A stretch of DNA of 64,000 nucleotides from Paramecium tetraurelia (taxonomy: Eukaryota). The stretch spans positions 1 to 64,000 of the forward strand of contig CT868034.1 of NCBI GenBank assembly GCA_000165425.1, in the 5' to 3' direction. The notes under the pieces were generated by a model. It did not search any database. It was not told the DNA's origin and saw only the letters and a program-made list of their open reading frames with translations. Position numbers and translations under genes: made by a program. The first letter of the stretch is position 1. Each line of letters opens with the position of its first letter. Shown in pieces: positions 41,829-58,350 of this stretch.

Positions 41829-44800
41829 TCAATTTTTATCTTGGAGTGGCTATCTTTTTGCTGCAACTACTATTCTATTAGGAGAACGAACTTAGAATAT
41901 CTATTCTTTATTTCTATTCAATAATTAAATTTTGGATTTTAATTTAGGTGTATTTTCCAACAATTCCAATATTTTACATTCAGGCATATTTTCATCATCA
42001 TTTGTAGTATGAACAAGTACCTGATCATATTTCACTTATTTCTGTTAATTAACCTCAAAGAAGATGACTTTAGATCCATATTCCACCTTATATGATGCCT
42101 CAATAAGTTTCTAAATCTTAAACTGAGAACTTTGCCTAATCAAAACATTTTCCACATTCTGTTTCTCATATGGAATAAACTATATTGGCCTAATATTTTC
42201 ATATTACAAATTTTTTTAAAAGAGTCCTTCTTTAGTCATGTAAATTTCATAGAATTTATAGAATATATCAAATTTTCTTTTTCCTTAGATTTCCTATTGT
42301 ATCAAATATCTATTTAAATCATCAGAAACTTATTTTCCATTTATATAGTATTTTCTCTCTCCAAAGTTATCTATGGAAATGATACTTTGCTCAGAATTGT
42401 TGTGAGTTTTATCCCAAATTCGTTGTTTGTCTAAATCTATTAAATGTGTTCCAGGGTATTTACTGTAAGGATAGAATATATTAAATCGTTAATCTTAGCC
42501 TTTCTCGAATTCAGTGTAAAATTTGCACATTTTTCTATTAATTTCATAATCGTCATAATCCTCAAAATGATCTTACTCAAACCATTACCATTATTATTTT
42601 ATATAATCTTCAGTCTTTTATTATGGGTTATCAGATAAAAGATTATTTAAATGATAGAGCAATTTTTTACATCTTAAATCATCGTTTTCAAGTATGAAAA
42701 TCTATTTTATATCACAATCACCTTGAAACAAACAATTTATAATTTCTTTCAAAAGAATTTAGCTGGCCATGTTCATATAAAAACCAAAAATTTCAACACT
42801 AATCACAGGAAAAGCGATTTATTTGATATTCTTCTCTTTGGCCAATTAAAAAATATTCTAAATCAATTACTCTATGATTTTTTTGTCACGAGCAAGAGTC
42901 TTTGCTTGCCTATAAGTAGGAGGATAAATATTAAAAATATGATCTACATGGGAGTCAGTATTAACTTTGTAATAAAATAATTCTCCAGGATTTAAGGATG
43001 ATTTACCCTTCATTATTTCTTTGAAAAATTTTTATATATCATTATTAGTAATTGATAATATATTTTTGACTTATTGATTTTACAAACCGATTTCTCCAAG
43101 TTCACACTTATCATTCATTATTTAATATACGATTGCCTCACACTTAATTTGGGTGATGTCTCCCTTAACAATACATAATTCTTTTCCTTCAAATGTTAGC
43201 TTCTCCAAAATAGATTCTTCAGGATTGAAACTAATAATATTTTTGAATTCAAAATAACTAGATGTCTTTTCTTAAATTTATTGCAATTACTGAGAATTAG
43301 CAGTTAATTATTCTATTTGTTAATTATTAAGGGGTAGACTTTTAACCGTACAAAAATTTTTAAATATGTTTTCTACTATAGATAATTATTATAATAAATC
43401 AACTACCTAGTTTTAAAACCCTGCTATTACAATCTTACCTAAATTAGTATAAGGTTCTTGAGGAAAATCAATGGTTGTCCCTAGCTTTAATTCAATTTCT
43501 TTTAAACGATATTTAGATTGAAACAAGTTATAAATTAACTTATTTTCAACTATAAATTCTTATGTAATCCATGCATTTTGATATTTACATTTTAAATCTT
43601 TTAAAAAAATCGTCTATTTCTAGAAGTTGCTAATTTAGACCAAAAAAGAATGTTTGATGTTTATTTCCTTGATTTAAATTTCCTTGATGTACAAAAATGT
43701 CATTTTTTAATATTTACTCCGGAACTTTAATTTAAAAATATTGAAGACTCTCTTTATAAAGAAATTTCCCTACTTTCACATTCAACTTAGATATAAACTG
43801 TGTTTCTAATATCTCCTTTACTTTTTTAATATCACAATTTTGTTTATCAAAAACAGCTATAAATACAACATTTTTCTCTTCTACTTCTTTAATAGTAATA
43901 TTAACTTTATCTTGAAAATCTGAGAGTAAGTTTTTAAAAACATATTTAAATAATGTATTTTTTTCCTTACAATTTTTTATCTAATTTAATATTGAAGATT
44001 TGGCTTCTAACTTAATAATTTGCTATGTGAATGATTATAATTTAACTTTAAGTTATTTATCTAACTCCTTCCATTTTTCTTAATTTGTTTTCAATACTAT
44101 TTCTATATCATCGCCTTAGAATGTACTGAAAAACAAGATGAATAATTTTAAAAGTATTCCGAAAGATAGTTTTCCCAAATAATCTTTTGATTTTGGGAGA
44201 TTGTAATAATTTTGCATGGCAACTGAATTTCTTCAATTTAAGATTTAATTTATCTGGCTTATTTTACGAATTCTGTTTTGTCTTGATCTTTAGTTAACCA
44301 AGTAGTTGTAGTAATTTGTAGCTAAAGTTTTTAGTCTTACAAAGTTTGACAATTGGATATTTCAATATTTATCTCCGGATACTATCTTCTAAGGTGATTG
44401 ATTTTTATCTCAGTTTAATCTTCATCCTCAGGTAAATCATAAAATATAATACTGTCTGTTATACTTTCCTTTTTTATAATGTCTTTTGATTTAAGAATTT
44501 CATTCAATTTATTTTATTATTCTACTATGCTTTTTCCATTATTGTTACTTAAGAAATAAAGTTGATTATGTTTAAATAATAAATTAAAATCCATATAGGA
44601 CTAATATTCCATTTTTGATCTTTCCAAATTCAAAATTACAACATCATAACATCCAACATTTAAAGTTCTCTCAATTTATTGAAGAACCTCTTATTTCTTT
44701 AGGATATTATATTTTATTAATGCTTCTGCATTAGATGAACACTCAATTTGAAGGATTACAGTGTTTTCTAAATATTAACAAATAGTATCAAAACAACAAT

Positions 44801-45449
44801 TAAAATCGTTAATTTTAGTTTATTTAATTGATGGAGGAGGTATCCATAAATAACATCCTCCATAATTAATTTCTACTTTGCCTCCCACTTTCTAAACAAT
44901 TTATTAAAAATATGGAAAATAAGAATTACTATATATGATCATTTCTATAAGAGGTAATAGATTATTCTCTTATTTTCCTTTAAATTGGTATATTCTCTAT
45001 TAGTATAATTTATCTTCATCATCAATTTCGGTTGATTTTATAGATAAATTCAATAAATTATACTTTTATTTTTCTATTTTCTAAAGATTCTCTCCAAACA
45101 TAGAATCAAAAGTCACTGTAATTTTAATTTTACCTTGGGCATAATAATTTTCTATAAATTATAATAGTTATTAATTGCAATTCTTTTATCTCCACTCTCT
45201 TTGATTTAATGATATCATTATTTCTGTTCCTAAGGAGGATTATTCATTATTAAAATTTGTTTAAGTCCTTTACTCATCTAATTTAATAATTAACTTACTT
45301 CTGAAATTTTTATATCCATTCATTTCATTTTCATCTTTGTAAAAAGATCTTGCGAAATTTACATTGGATCTGCCCAATGAATGATACGAGGATTAAAATG
45401 TTCTTGGAGTTTAATCAAGTTTTGGTAAATTTTGCGAGTGATTATTCAT
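41829..45449 (-). CDS. Macrodomain + WWE-like protein (~1200 aa), paralog A
   Basis: 3621 nt (multiple of 3) from MNNHSQNLPK to QDKN-TGA; possible in-frame 21-nt intron near 45278-45298. Macrodomain: LCIVKGDITQIKCEAIV (~43150) and KQIAFPVISVEIFGF (~42800). WWE-like region: QWQWFEQDHFEDYDD..YPYSKYPGTHLIDL..FQKNLQYENIRPI. Confidence 0.8.
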
Positions 45450-46211
45450 TCTTAACGAATTTTTAAAATTAAATTTATAATTGATCGTAATCAATTGATA
45501 TAGGTAGATTATTTCAATTATTATTAATTCTATTTTATAATTAATAGAAGAATGACATTTAATGAAGCTTAAACAAGCAAATAAGAGAATCAAGATCTAA
45601 CTTTAGAATTTGAATATTGATTTCATTATTTCTGATAATAATTAAAAATTGTTTAAACACAAATAATTATTCGATTTATAATTAAAGGTTTTTAAGAGTA
45701 TTAAAACACCATACAGATTTTCAAAAAGCATTAATTTATATATTTTGATAATTATTTATAGTAACAGAAAACACAATTGATAATTAAGAAAAAATAATTA
45801 ATATAACAGTTGAAGAAGAGTAATGAATAAGTTAAAAAAGCTTTCATCTTATAAATTTCTTGATATAATCCACTTAATTAATCTAAATCTCAATTTTTTT
45901 TTGTTCATGTTTGAATTTCCTTTTTTTATATTCTCTATTTTGAGTCGGTAAGTCTTTTATATTATCTTTTATCTTTTCGTAGTTTTCTCTATTCACAAGT
46001 TCTCCTGATCAGAATGGTTATTGAATTAGGTTATCAACGATAGTTGAAATTTATAGAAATCCATCATTGATCAATTAATATGTCAATTATTTTGGAAGGT
46101 TAAAGTATTATAATTTATATTTAAGGATAAGTTAGTCTTTTTGTTCGTGCAGATTAAGCAATTGTGAATTAATTAAATATATATAAAAAAATTTAAATCT
46201 TTTTTAATATT

Positions 46212-46515
46212 ATGGCTCACAGAATTCAAGAAAATGCAGGAATGATCAATGATGAAAAATAAGTTGTTGATATTTATGTTCCAAGAAAGTGCCAATATAC
46301 AAATATGATTCTGAATAGCAGCGATTACTCAAGTGTATAAATTAATGTTGGATAAGTATTGATTGTTAATAACAAAAAAGGTTGATGAGAATGGAGTTTA
46401 CAATAAAAAGAATAACACAGTGATCTTGGCTGGATATTTGAGATAAAAGGGATAGAGTGCTTCAGCTTTGGAAGCAATTCTTAGACAAAGAGGAGTATTA
46501 CCATTCACATAATGA
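46212..46515 (+). CDS. RPS21: 40S ribosomal protein S21 (eS21)
   Basis: MAHRIQENAGMINDEKQVVDIYVPRKCQYTNMILNSSDYSSVQINVGQ|VDENGVY..LAGYLRQKGQSASAL..PFTQ-TGA; 25-nt intron 46356-46380. Confidence 0.95.
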
Positions 46516-46544
46516 GAAATATATGATATATGAATATATAGTAC

Positions 46545-47730
46545 ATTAATAGATTACATCAACAGATTGCAAATACTATTTCTATAAAATTGTCAAATCT
46601 GATAAAGCATGCACTTTTTCTTCTTGCATAATTTATTTGATTAATTAATCAAAAAAATTTAGGTTTGTTTAGAAATATTAATTCATTAATGGATTAACTC
46701 TGTCCTATTTAGATTTATGGATGAGAGGGTTTTTGTAACTGAAAGTTATAATTATTGATGTGAGAATTATTTCATAATCAACATTTTTGAATAGAATTTT
46801 GTTATCTTGGAGATTGATTTGGATTTAACAATGAATTTATAGGATTGTGATAGAATCTACTCACAATTCTGTATTTGTAAATGATATTCAAACTATGTTT
46901 CTTCATAATGCTACAAAATAAGTTTTTGTTTTCAATTGAATTGTATTTTTTCAATCCTATATGACCTCTAATTGATTTCACAAGGTATGATTTGAACAAT
47001 GTAAACATATATTGGTTAACTTCATTTTTTAAGGGATTTTCTCAAAAATTCTAAATATATTCAACATTGCTTTTCCAACCCATTACTTGACTAACTATCT
47101 AAACCGATTCTTGGTTTTTTAATCCATTCAAATTTTATTGAAGCAATCATTAAATTTGAATTTCTTGGATGTTTGACATTTGGTCTAACTTCAATTTCTA
47201 TGTATTTAATTGATTGATGAATAAAAATTCTTAGATGATGTTGAATTTACTGAAGAAACATCTAAGCATTTATTCCTATTGTCTCTTCCCCATCTCATTT
47301 AATCATGTAACCATCCTACAAACTTACTTCAAATGTAATCTTTTAAAGAAGCACTCTTAAATGTGAATGGAAATCATTTCAAGGCTTTGCCAATTCTCTG
47401 ATTCTCAAATTAATTGAGCATTGCATCTTAGAGTAGTGATGATTCCCCTTAACATTTTCAATGCACAAAATTTTTGGTAATGATCAAAAGAAATATTATT
47501 TGTTCTTCTAAAATTTCAAGATCAAGGCTCAAGTTTGGAAATAATTGGAGACTTTTTTAATTTTATCAGTGCGTTGACTACGATCTTTATTTGTATTAGT
47601 TCTTGAAGAATATAAACAGAGAATTATTAGATCGATTTGTTTCTATATTTATCAAATATATTATTCAAGTTAACAAAGAAATCGTATTACTTAAATAAAA
47701 ATAGGCAATTCTGCTGAAACAATTGATTCA
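46545..47730 (-). pseudogene. Degenerate coding-like remnant, unknown product
   Basis: Coding-like composition on the minus strand but repeated TGA interruptions in the frames I read. Confidence 0.3.
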
Positions 47731-47759
47731 TATTAAATATTAATAACTTTATCAAATAG

Positions 47760-49345
<1,586 letters not shown>

Positions 49346-49498
49346 TATATAAAATATAGATATAAATGAAAGACTTTAAATTTATTAAAAAATAGAAGGT
49401 AACCCTCTGTATGATTTCAGTTTAAAGGAGGGAGGATTGTACCTTCAAAGCCTCTCAAATAGATTTTAATTTTATTTATATTAAGAATATATTTTTAC

Positions 49499-52400
49499 AT
49501 GATCATTGATCCTATGAGAAAAACACATAGCAACGGATTTACTTTAAATCGAAGAAAATAAATAAATGGAAAAAAACTAGAAAATGGTACCCAATAAGAG
49601 GATATTGTCTTAAATGAAGGAGAAAAATAAGTAAATTCAAATCCTATCCCAAAATTTAAATATCAGTTGACCAAATAAGTTGCCAATGACAAAGTAGAAA
49701 TAGTAGAGGCATAAGATACATAACCAGGATATGAAATGATTGCAAGAATAACAAAAGAGAATTCATTTGATTTAGCCTATAAAGCTAAGTTAATTGATTT
49801 CATTGAGAAATTTTATCTTAATGGTTATTTCTAATTATGTCTTTATTTTCCTCATAGATTGGGAGAAAAATAAAAAAATGAATTAGAATATAAATATAAA
49901 GATCTATAACTTTCGATTAAAGAAACATAGTTTGAGAAAGCAGATTATTTGTTTTATAAATAGATTTATTAATTCAAAGGTTAGGAAAAGTTTGGAATCA
50001 CTCCTGCTTTATAGATGCTTATATTTGATTAAGTCATATTGAAGGACATGGCTGATGAAGCATAATAATCTGGATTTGATTTTGTATGTAATTTTAACAA
50101 ATTATAATGCTCCATCCCACCTCCTACTAACACAATACAAGGTGTCATGGATAACATATAGTATTTTGTGAATAATATATAAAAAAAATTAGATGAATAT
50201 TATATACTTAATATTGAAACTCAAACAAAATAGGAATCTAACATAATCTATAATTTGGTGAAATAATATCAATCAAAGTTTACAGATATTTTAGGTACAA
50301 ATTTTGACCCTGTCATCATTAATCTCAAAGAATTAAAAGATGGAAATGGAACAAAATACCCTGATGATTTTATTTCTTAAATCAAATAAACATTAAAATA
50401 TGACAAATTCTATTTAGTTATAGAAAAAAAGGATAAAGACTTAAGTTTATTTCAATAAGAATTCATAAAACTTATCTATAAAAATAATTTTGTTTAATAT
50501 GATTCTAAGGAAATATCTATTCAATTTAGTGAATGTTTAGAAACTGAAATTCTTGCTTAATAATTGGAAGATTTGTAAGAAAAGTTTAAGAATATAAGTA
50601 TCACAGCATCACAACCAAAGTAAATTAAGTAGAATTAATTTGAAATTAAATTTAGTTTTGAAACCTGGCTAAGTAATAAGGAAAAAACTTATAATGTTGA
50701 GGAACTCTATGCCAAAATACATACCTTATTATATTAAATTTATAATCCTTATGTTCAAATCAACATAGAAGAATCAAAAATATGTATTTGGTAGCAATAT
50801 TTGAAAGGAGAAATTAATAAATCATTGAATGAATATATAGAAGAAGAGGATAAGAGGATGAAAAAGAATGACAATCAAAATGTTTTTATTGTAAAAATAT
50901 CCACAAAATTTACAAAATTTAAAGAAGAAATACAAAAAATTAAATAGTAGTTGGACGAATTGTCTATAGAAACTATCGAAATATAGAATGACAATATCTA
51001 ACTACAAAGTTTAATTTATTAAATTGATTTAAAAAAAATTTTAAATAATTTCCAATAACAAGAAAAGGAAAAAATAGCATAAATTAATTACTTAGGGGGA
51101 GGAGGGGGGGGGGGTCAGTAATGGAAATATTAATTTGCAGTCATTTATTATAATAAATACACAGTAAATTCTATTTAAAATTAAATAAAAAATAACTTCA
51201 TTAATGACCTAAAATACATTACTATTTAAACTCCTTTCATCTAAATTATGAAACATCTTCATTTAGAAATTCCAAGGTTGATTTTGGAAAAAGATATTAT
51301 TCCTATAATCCCACAAGAAAATAAATAATAAGTCATTCTTGTAGGAAGAAGCCTAGATTTAGAGCAAGTTCAAAACATTAATGAAGAAATGAAGGAATTA
51401 TTTGAGAAATATAAAATGGAAATAAGACTTACTATCAATTAAAAATCTCTTGCAGATCAAATAAAATAGAAGTTACAAGAGCAGTAATTTTGTACATCAA
51501 TTTACGATCCAAAAAAGTATATGTTAAAAATCGAAATTTATAAGCAAGACTTCCAGAATATCATTAAAAGCTTAAAAGAATTAGAAAAATCTTATGAGAT
51601 TTGGAAGGTATATCATTTTGATTCTAATTAAATCGAACCCAAATCTATAAAAGAGATAGAGAAAAAAGAATAAGTTATTATTGATGTTAAAAATATATCT
51701 ATCATTGATCCTATTTCTGCTGAAGGGTTTCTTATAAATACAGTAAATACTGCAAAAATAAAATTCATTTAAGGAAATATCTCATAAATTTAATGTTAAG
51801 CAATTGTTCTAGAATTTGTGAAAAATGTTGACTTTAGTAAAGAGATAATTTAAAACGATTAAGTTAAAACTCTAATAAACTTCATCGAAGGAGAAAATGA
51901 TAAAGATACGCTATTTTTATAATGGAGATATTTAAGTAAAGCAAAAGATCTAGAAGATGTTACTTATATAGAATTCCATCATCAAAAGCATTTAAAATAC
52001 TTAATTCAAGTATACCCAAAATTTTATAGAAAAGCTGCAAATTTAGAAAATTATTAATGCCATGTTTACTCTTTGATCGCATAAGTTTTTGAAACATGCA
52101 AATTTTTGAATATAACATAAATTGCATTTCCGCTCATTGGATCTGGTGTATTCGGAAACGATGTGAAGCAAACATAAGAAGTTTTAATTTAGGGAATTAT
52201 ATCCTAACTCTCATTATAAAATTGCATCTCTTAGGTATTTGTAGTGATATAGAATGAATCAGATTACAAATAAGTATAAGAATATTGTAAAAGCGGTTAA
52301 TTTTCGAAGAAGACTACCAAGCTTGATTTTTTTCGAGAAACTATGAGTAGTTCAAAGAATTCATGTTGCTAAATTGAAATGGATGGTGATTTCATGGATA

Positions 52401-52981
52401 TTGAAGGTTCTGATGCTAATGAACTCATTTTTAATTCACATTAACAACTAAATCAGGGAGAAGAAATTGATAATTTTAATGTTACTTACCCTTACTCAAA
52501 ATGTCCCTTCACTCATTCAATTGATTTGAAAAATAATAAAATGATAGACATAACTACTAAATTGTAATAGACAATTTAGTTTATAGATTTGTTTAAACAA
52601 AGAATATACTTCATTGATTTTAAATAAGTCTCAAAGAGTTTAAATCAATATTTAATAATAAAGCATGAATTATGCAAATAGAATGAATTTGAAATATATT
52701 ATACTTAAGACTAAGTGATAATTAAGAATAAAGAACTTTACATCAAAACCAATGGTTTTAATGATTTAAAAAAAGTCATTATTACATAAAGGCCATCTTC
52801 ATCAAGATAAACAAATAGATAATCTTCTTAATATTTTTAACTAACAGAATCTCCAGCTTTTTAACCGCTGAAAAACGACCCTAAATTACAAAAGTTGTAA
52901 ATAGAGATACTATCTGATAATGAGTAAAAAATTTTGAGAGCATATCATTTATTAAAATAGGCTTTTATACGAAGGACATGA
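49499..52981 (+). CDS. Macrodomain + WWE-like protein (1160 aa), paralog B
   Basis: 3483 nt in one frame from MIIDPMRK to FIRRT-TGA. N-terminal block aligns with paralog A (LIDFIEKFY..LSIKET..QIYQFKG vs LLQFIENYY..LSIKST..RIYQFKG). Macrodomain: IKFIQGNISQIQCQAIV (~51760-51810) and IAFPLIGSGVFG (52121-52156). YPYSKCPFTHSIDL matches the WWE-like region of A. Confidence 0.82.
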
Positions 52982-53591
52982 AAAGGATTTCATATTTTAT
53001 CATATTTATAATAATTTATTAAAAATTTGAAATATTAAAAAAAGTTCTATTAGAACCCTTTATAAATTATTTAAGTATTATAAAACTTTGTGTTAAAAAT
53101 TTGTTTTTTGACAGCAAAATGTGTATTATTTGGGGTCAATTATCAAAGATTCTAAATGTCTAGGGTTCTAGTAATTTTAAAATTTTGAAATTTTGTTCTT
53201 TTTATGATAAAAACATAATTTCTGATTGAATAATTTGCAAAATAGAATTGATCTTGATTAAAGAGATGGTTTTAATTGAACTAAAACATAATTATCAGAT
53301 AGTTTAGGAGTTCTATTATTTTAAGAGATTAATTTATAAGTCTCCTCACTTAAATTTAAGAATAAGCAATATAGATTAGTTTTTGGTATCATAATATGAA
53401 AGCTGGTCTTTAAATTTTAGTCATCAAAGTTATATGTTTTTGATACAAACTAAATTATTTGCTTCTGAAATATATTAGTGCAAAGTTGATATTAGAAATT
53501 AAAATTAAGAGATATATAAATTTATCCACTAATTAATAAAATAAAAAGATCTGAGTATACATAGTAATAAATAAATAATTAATTAAATTAT

Positions 53592-56500
53592 TCAATTAAT
53601 TTATTCTGTTAATATTATCTTTCTAAGATCTCTTTCCAAATAATCATTTAAAAATATCGTATCTTATGGAAATATTTCAGTAATCTTTTTCACATATTTT
53701 AATTTGTTCTTCATTCTTGGATAAACCCTAACATAAACTATGAAGCATCCAAAAACAAGTAATATAAAAGATGATGTCAGGATCCACTAGAAGAATATTA
53801 AAATAGATTAATTACATTTAAAATGTTATCTAATTTATTGATTTGGTTCACAATGTCTTACAACATTTAATCGCATAATTAACTTATTACTTCCGAACAG
53901 AGGTACACTGCTTCTAATTCCTCAATCGGTATTATGGTTCTATTAATTAATCCAGCATCTAATTCATATTTCAATTAATAGTTAAAATCGCTCAAAGTTG
54001 GTAATAGACCTCTTTTCAGAATGCCATTTTTTGAATTTTCACAAAAGTAATCAAACTCAACATAATTGCTCTTTATTATAAATTATAAGTTATTACTTCA
54101 TTTAATAATGGACATAGGTTGCTTTATCCAATATTTTGGAAATAAGTTAAAAAATCATTGGAAAACTGAAACTCATTGAAATACACATCAGTTGAAATGA
54201 ATGAATTAATCTTCTCGATACCTATTGAAACTTATTCCATGAATTAGACTCTGTCTTAAGGAGTGAAGAATTGAAATCTGCTCCAAAAATACAAAATTTC
54301 CTTTTGCGAGAAGGCTGCTGGTACATAGACACCGACATCAGAGAACAACTTAAAATAATTGAATGTCTTTGGGAATAGCTAATAGAATGATATTACGACG
54401 AAAGTTAAGGTAAGTATCATTCCTGCACATGCAATGAATATGAGTATATAAATTTGAATCAGCTTAATGATGGATGTCTATTTATTATAGAGGGCATCAT
54501 CCTTAACTGTATTTTTCCCCCTTTTATTTTCCATAATTATTGATTCTTTTGCATTTAAATTAAATCTATATTTATAGATCATGTCTGAATCGGATTTAAG
54601 ATGATTGATCAAAAAGGAAAGCCTCTTGAGATCTTTACTCACACTTTATAAATCTGTAAATGATCTTAAGTTAATGAATTTATCAATAATCCTTTTGAAA
54701 TGTCTCATATATAGAAGGGATCCTAACAGAAAAAGTGTTGAAATTAATTGAGTTGGAAAACTTAGGAATACCCACAGTTTTTCAGTTGTTTCCATCTAAT
54801 TTATGAATTCGGATTAAATCTAATTGGATATATCGTCAAAGATAGTGATGAATTTGATGTAATTTATGTATTAGAATGTTTGATGAGGTGTTACACCTAA
54901 GATGTTTACATTAAATTAATTCAAATAGATTAATTCTTATTTGTAGAATGCATCTAATAATAAAGCAAATGCTGATTACACTGTAATGTTATAATCTGAA
55001 GTATTAATCGGAGTGTAGTGGATTGTTTATTATTTTACAACCATGTATTAACTATATAAGAATTCCTGAAATTTCTGTTCCTAAAAATGCTCTTAAAAAT
55101 TAAGCCGCATCACTGAATATTCTCTAATAATATTCGCTAAAGAAAATGGTTAATAGAATTGATCCTAAGCTTAACTAATCTGATTTGTATATCTGAGGTA
55201 AAAGTAATCTTAAACAGTCAATCTAGCCAAGAAGAATTTATGGATGGGTTCAATGAAAAAGTGATTAATCTGAATTTGATCATAGCACAATATAATTTTT
55301 TGGAGATCATATGCTTTAAAAATGGAAAACTAAAATTTAATTCAAATATCATACCAATACGATAAATATAAAAATAATTAGCAAGAGTAGAAATAGGTTG
55401 ATTGTTGATTTAAGAATATAGGGTTGTATGCCATCAGAATTGATTATAGTGTGATATAGGCAGTACTTTTTATAGAAGTGAGATTTCCTTAATTCTTCAT
55501 AAGAGGCACTTGATTATGCATCCTATTAGAAGGAGACAGTGTCATCTTCTTATTCGTTTTAATAGATATTCCCTAGCATTTTAATTGTTTATTATTCATT
55601 TTCAACTAATTAGGATAAACTATTCTAAAGATTTGATTCCATCAAAAGGATTTTCTTGGTAATCTGCTTTTAGGTAGATCTTAGAAAGTATTGATTTGAT
55701 TAGTTTTATTGATTTTCATTAAGAGGGGAAAAGAACTAGAAGCATTCATCGTATGGAGTGATTACAGCATCTTCATCATTAATCAAGGATGGAAATTCGC
55801 CTGAATTATAATACTCAATTTGCTTTTATGTTTAGATTGATGGTTCACATTCCATCATTCTGTAGATTCTAATGATATTATATGAATTTCTTATTTGGAT
55901 ATCTCCTTGCACTTCAAATAGATTTTATTAGTGTCTTTGTTTACACATAGTTATCTTTTGGTTTATACTTTAACTTTGCATTAATAGACACTGCTCTTCA
56001 TTAGGGAAGGTGATGACTGACTTTGTAGTAGATTCAATAGCGAACTAAGACAAAGAGAAAAACAAATAGGATGGCAATCCATACAATAATTTTTGCACTG
56101 CTATTGAATCAATCGCTAATTAAGAGAAATTCATCATCTTAAAGAAATCCCTACTTACTCCTTGGATTTTCGCCTATTAATCTACAATCAAGATGGCTAG
56201 AGGAGTTTCTAGTTTTTAGATGAAGGAGATGAATTGAAAAAAGGATTATTAGTCAAATTGGATATCATAAAAAAAGTGAATAGGTTACAAATATCCAGTT
56301 TTGCATTGACAAAAATTGATGCCCTTTGTTCTAAAATACAATCCTTTTCCCGTCTATAAGAATTTATCAATCTCTTAGTCATGAGTATCTCGTATGCAAT
56401 TGGGAAGAAGGACATTAGCATCTCTCAATTAAGAGAATTATACTTAATCCCAGCCGAATATTTCGCAAGCCTTTTTAGAAATACCTGACAAGTATAATTT

Positions 56501-58291
56501 CTGATTTTCATACACAAATACTAGGTAAGTCATTTTATTTGAGATACTATTAATGTCACTTGAGATGAATTGCTAGTATGCCTTATTGTCAAATGAGCTA
56601 AAGTTGTTGAATTCATAGGCCCTATACCAATCATTCACTACTTCTCCCATGTAAAACATTAGAATGGATTAATTTTTGGAACTTGGAAATTTCAAGAATA
56701 TTTATTTCAATTATTTTTCTCTTTTCAGACTTTCTAAAGCAAATGTCTCAATGTATTCATATAATGCCTCATTGTCTAATATCAAAAGGGAGGATAGAAT
56801 TTGGATTTTTAATTGAATTATTGAGATTAGATTGTTCCTAATTTACAAATTAAATGATTCCGAATGTAGAAACGCTGTTATTTTTGCTGATAATTCTAGA
56901 CATTCTTTATTATCTGTTTCTAATTGCTGGGCAAATTTATTGTACATCTGTTTTTTAATGATGAATGTGAACACAATCCAATTTATTTGTTAGACAAAGG
57001 TTAACAAGTTTTTGTACTTCTAATCTTCAATGTGATAATAGATTTCCTAATGATGTCCCAATTGATGCAAGGCTGATAGGAGATGACACATCTTATAGAA
57101 GTGCTTGCCTTTCTTATGTAGATTGTGTAGTTTGAATTATTGAACAATTGTATTTTGAAACTATTAGAATATATCCAATTAAATTAGATTCAATTCCAAT
57201 GGATCATTGACTTTGTATTTGTTTTTGCATGAGCAATTAGTTGATTGACAATTTAGGATGTGCTTGCTAAATTTAATTCCATTGAGGAGACAATTTTTTT
57301 ATTTTGAAAATTGATTGTCTGCAAAGATGAAACAAACTAAAAAATGTAGCTTGTCTATCGATAACTTTTGGGGGTCGTTGAGTATGATGCATTCGATTTA
57401 ATAGCTGAGAGAATTCCATAGACAGAATATCAGTAAGGGATTCAACAACATCAAATATGCTAAATTCAAATTCTATTCTCCAAATATACAGATTGACATA
57501 ATCATTCCTGAGGAGGAAAAAAATAACAGAATGAAGCAATGATTGAAATCACAATACTTCATTTAAAGTAATATGGTGTATATTCTGATTAGGCTAATAG
57601 AGAGGTAAATTGCACCTTATAAATAAGCTGTAAGATGAGTGTCCATTAAAATGAATAGATAGGATTGAAGTATTCTGAGGATATAGATTATAAAATCTAA
57701 ATAGTCATCTTCGATTTTCTTATCCATCTTGTCTGTTAGTAGTAAAGTAGTATTATTTAAGATATAATAGCCTATTGAAAATATATGAACAAACAGGAGA
57801 AACACTAGATTTTAGATAATATAGTAGATATTATTATTATTAGATTAGAAATTAGTCTGCAAGTTAAACAATCCCAAACAAAGCAAAGGTTGGAGTAACA
57901 TATAATTTATGGCTTTAGAAGTGAGCATCAAATAATATATTGGAATTGATTATAATTATTGCGCTTCAAATGTTTTCATCTGACTAATTTTTTATTTCTA
58001 ATTTTCAAAGAATAAGGATATTAACAATATGATTATCCAAGCATTCATGATCAAAACTGAATACTCAGCCACATATTCTTACTCTAAGAATTCAAGGAGA
58101 ATCACTTTTGGTATTTCCATTATAGATTCAAATTGATTCTGCCTCCCTCTAATTGATACAAAAGGGTGGATCAGAAAAAATATACTCAATATTTGACTCA
58201 AGATCACATAGAAGAGAGTATGTTTCGATTTCAGTTTGTTCTCCTAGAAATTTAATTGAATCAACAAATATTCGAGCATCTCCAATTTCAT
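53592..58291 (-). CDS. Large multi-pass membrane protein of the ciliate-expanded TmcB/TmcC-like (PAS-like domain) family, ~1556 aa
   Basis: MKLEMLEYLL start, N-terminal hydrophobic helices, 29-nt intron 53787-53815 that makes the length a multiple of 3, C-terminus EIFPQDTIFLNDYLERDLRKII. Family call from recalled architecture. Confidence 0.75.
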
Positions 58292-58350
58292 ATTGAATAC
58301 TTTAATATATGTTGTAAACTTATAATAAATCAATTCATATCAAAATATTC

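Noticed and set aside
46212..46241. N-terminal extension of RPS21 before the canonical M-x-N-D start
   Set aside because: Present in the sequence but probably a common ciliate feature; low novelty.
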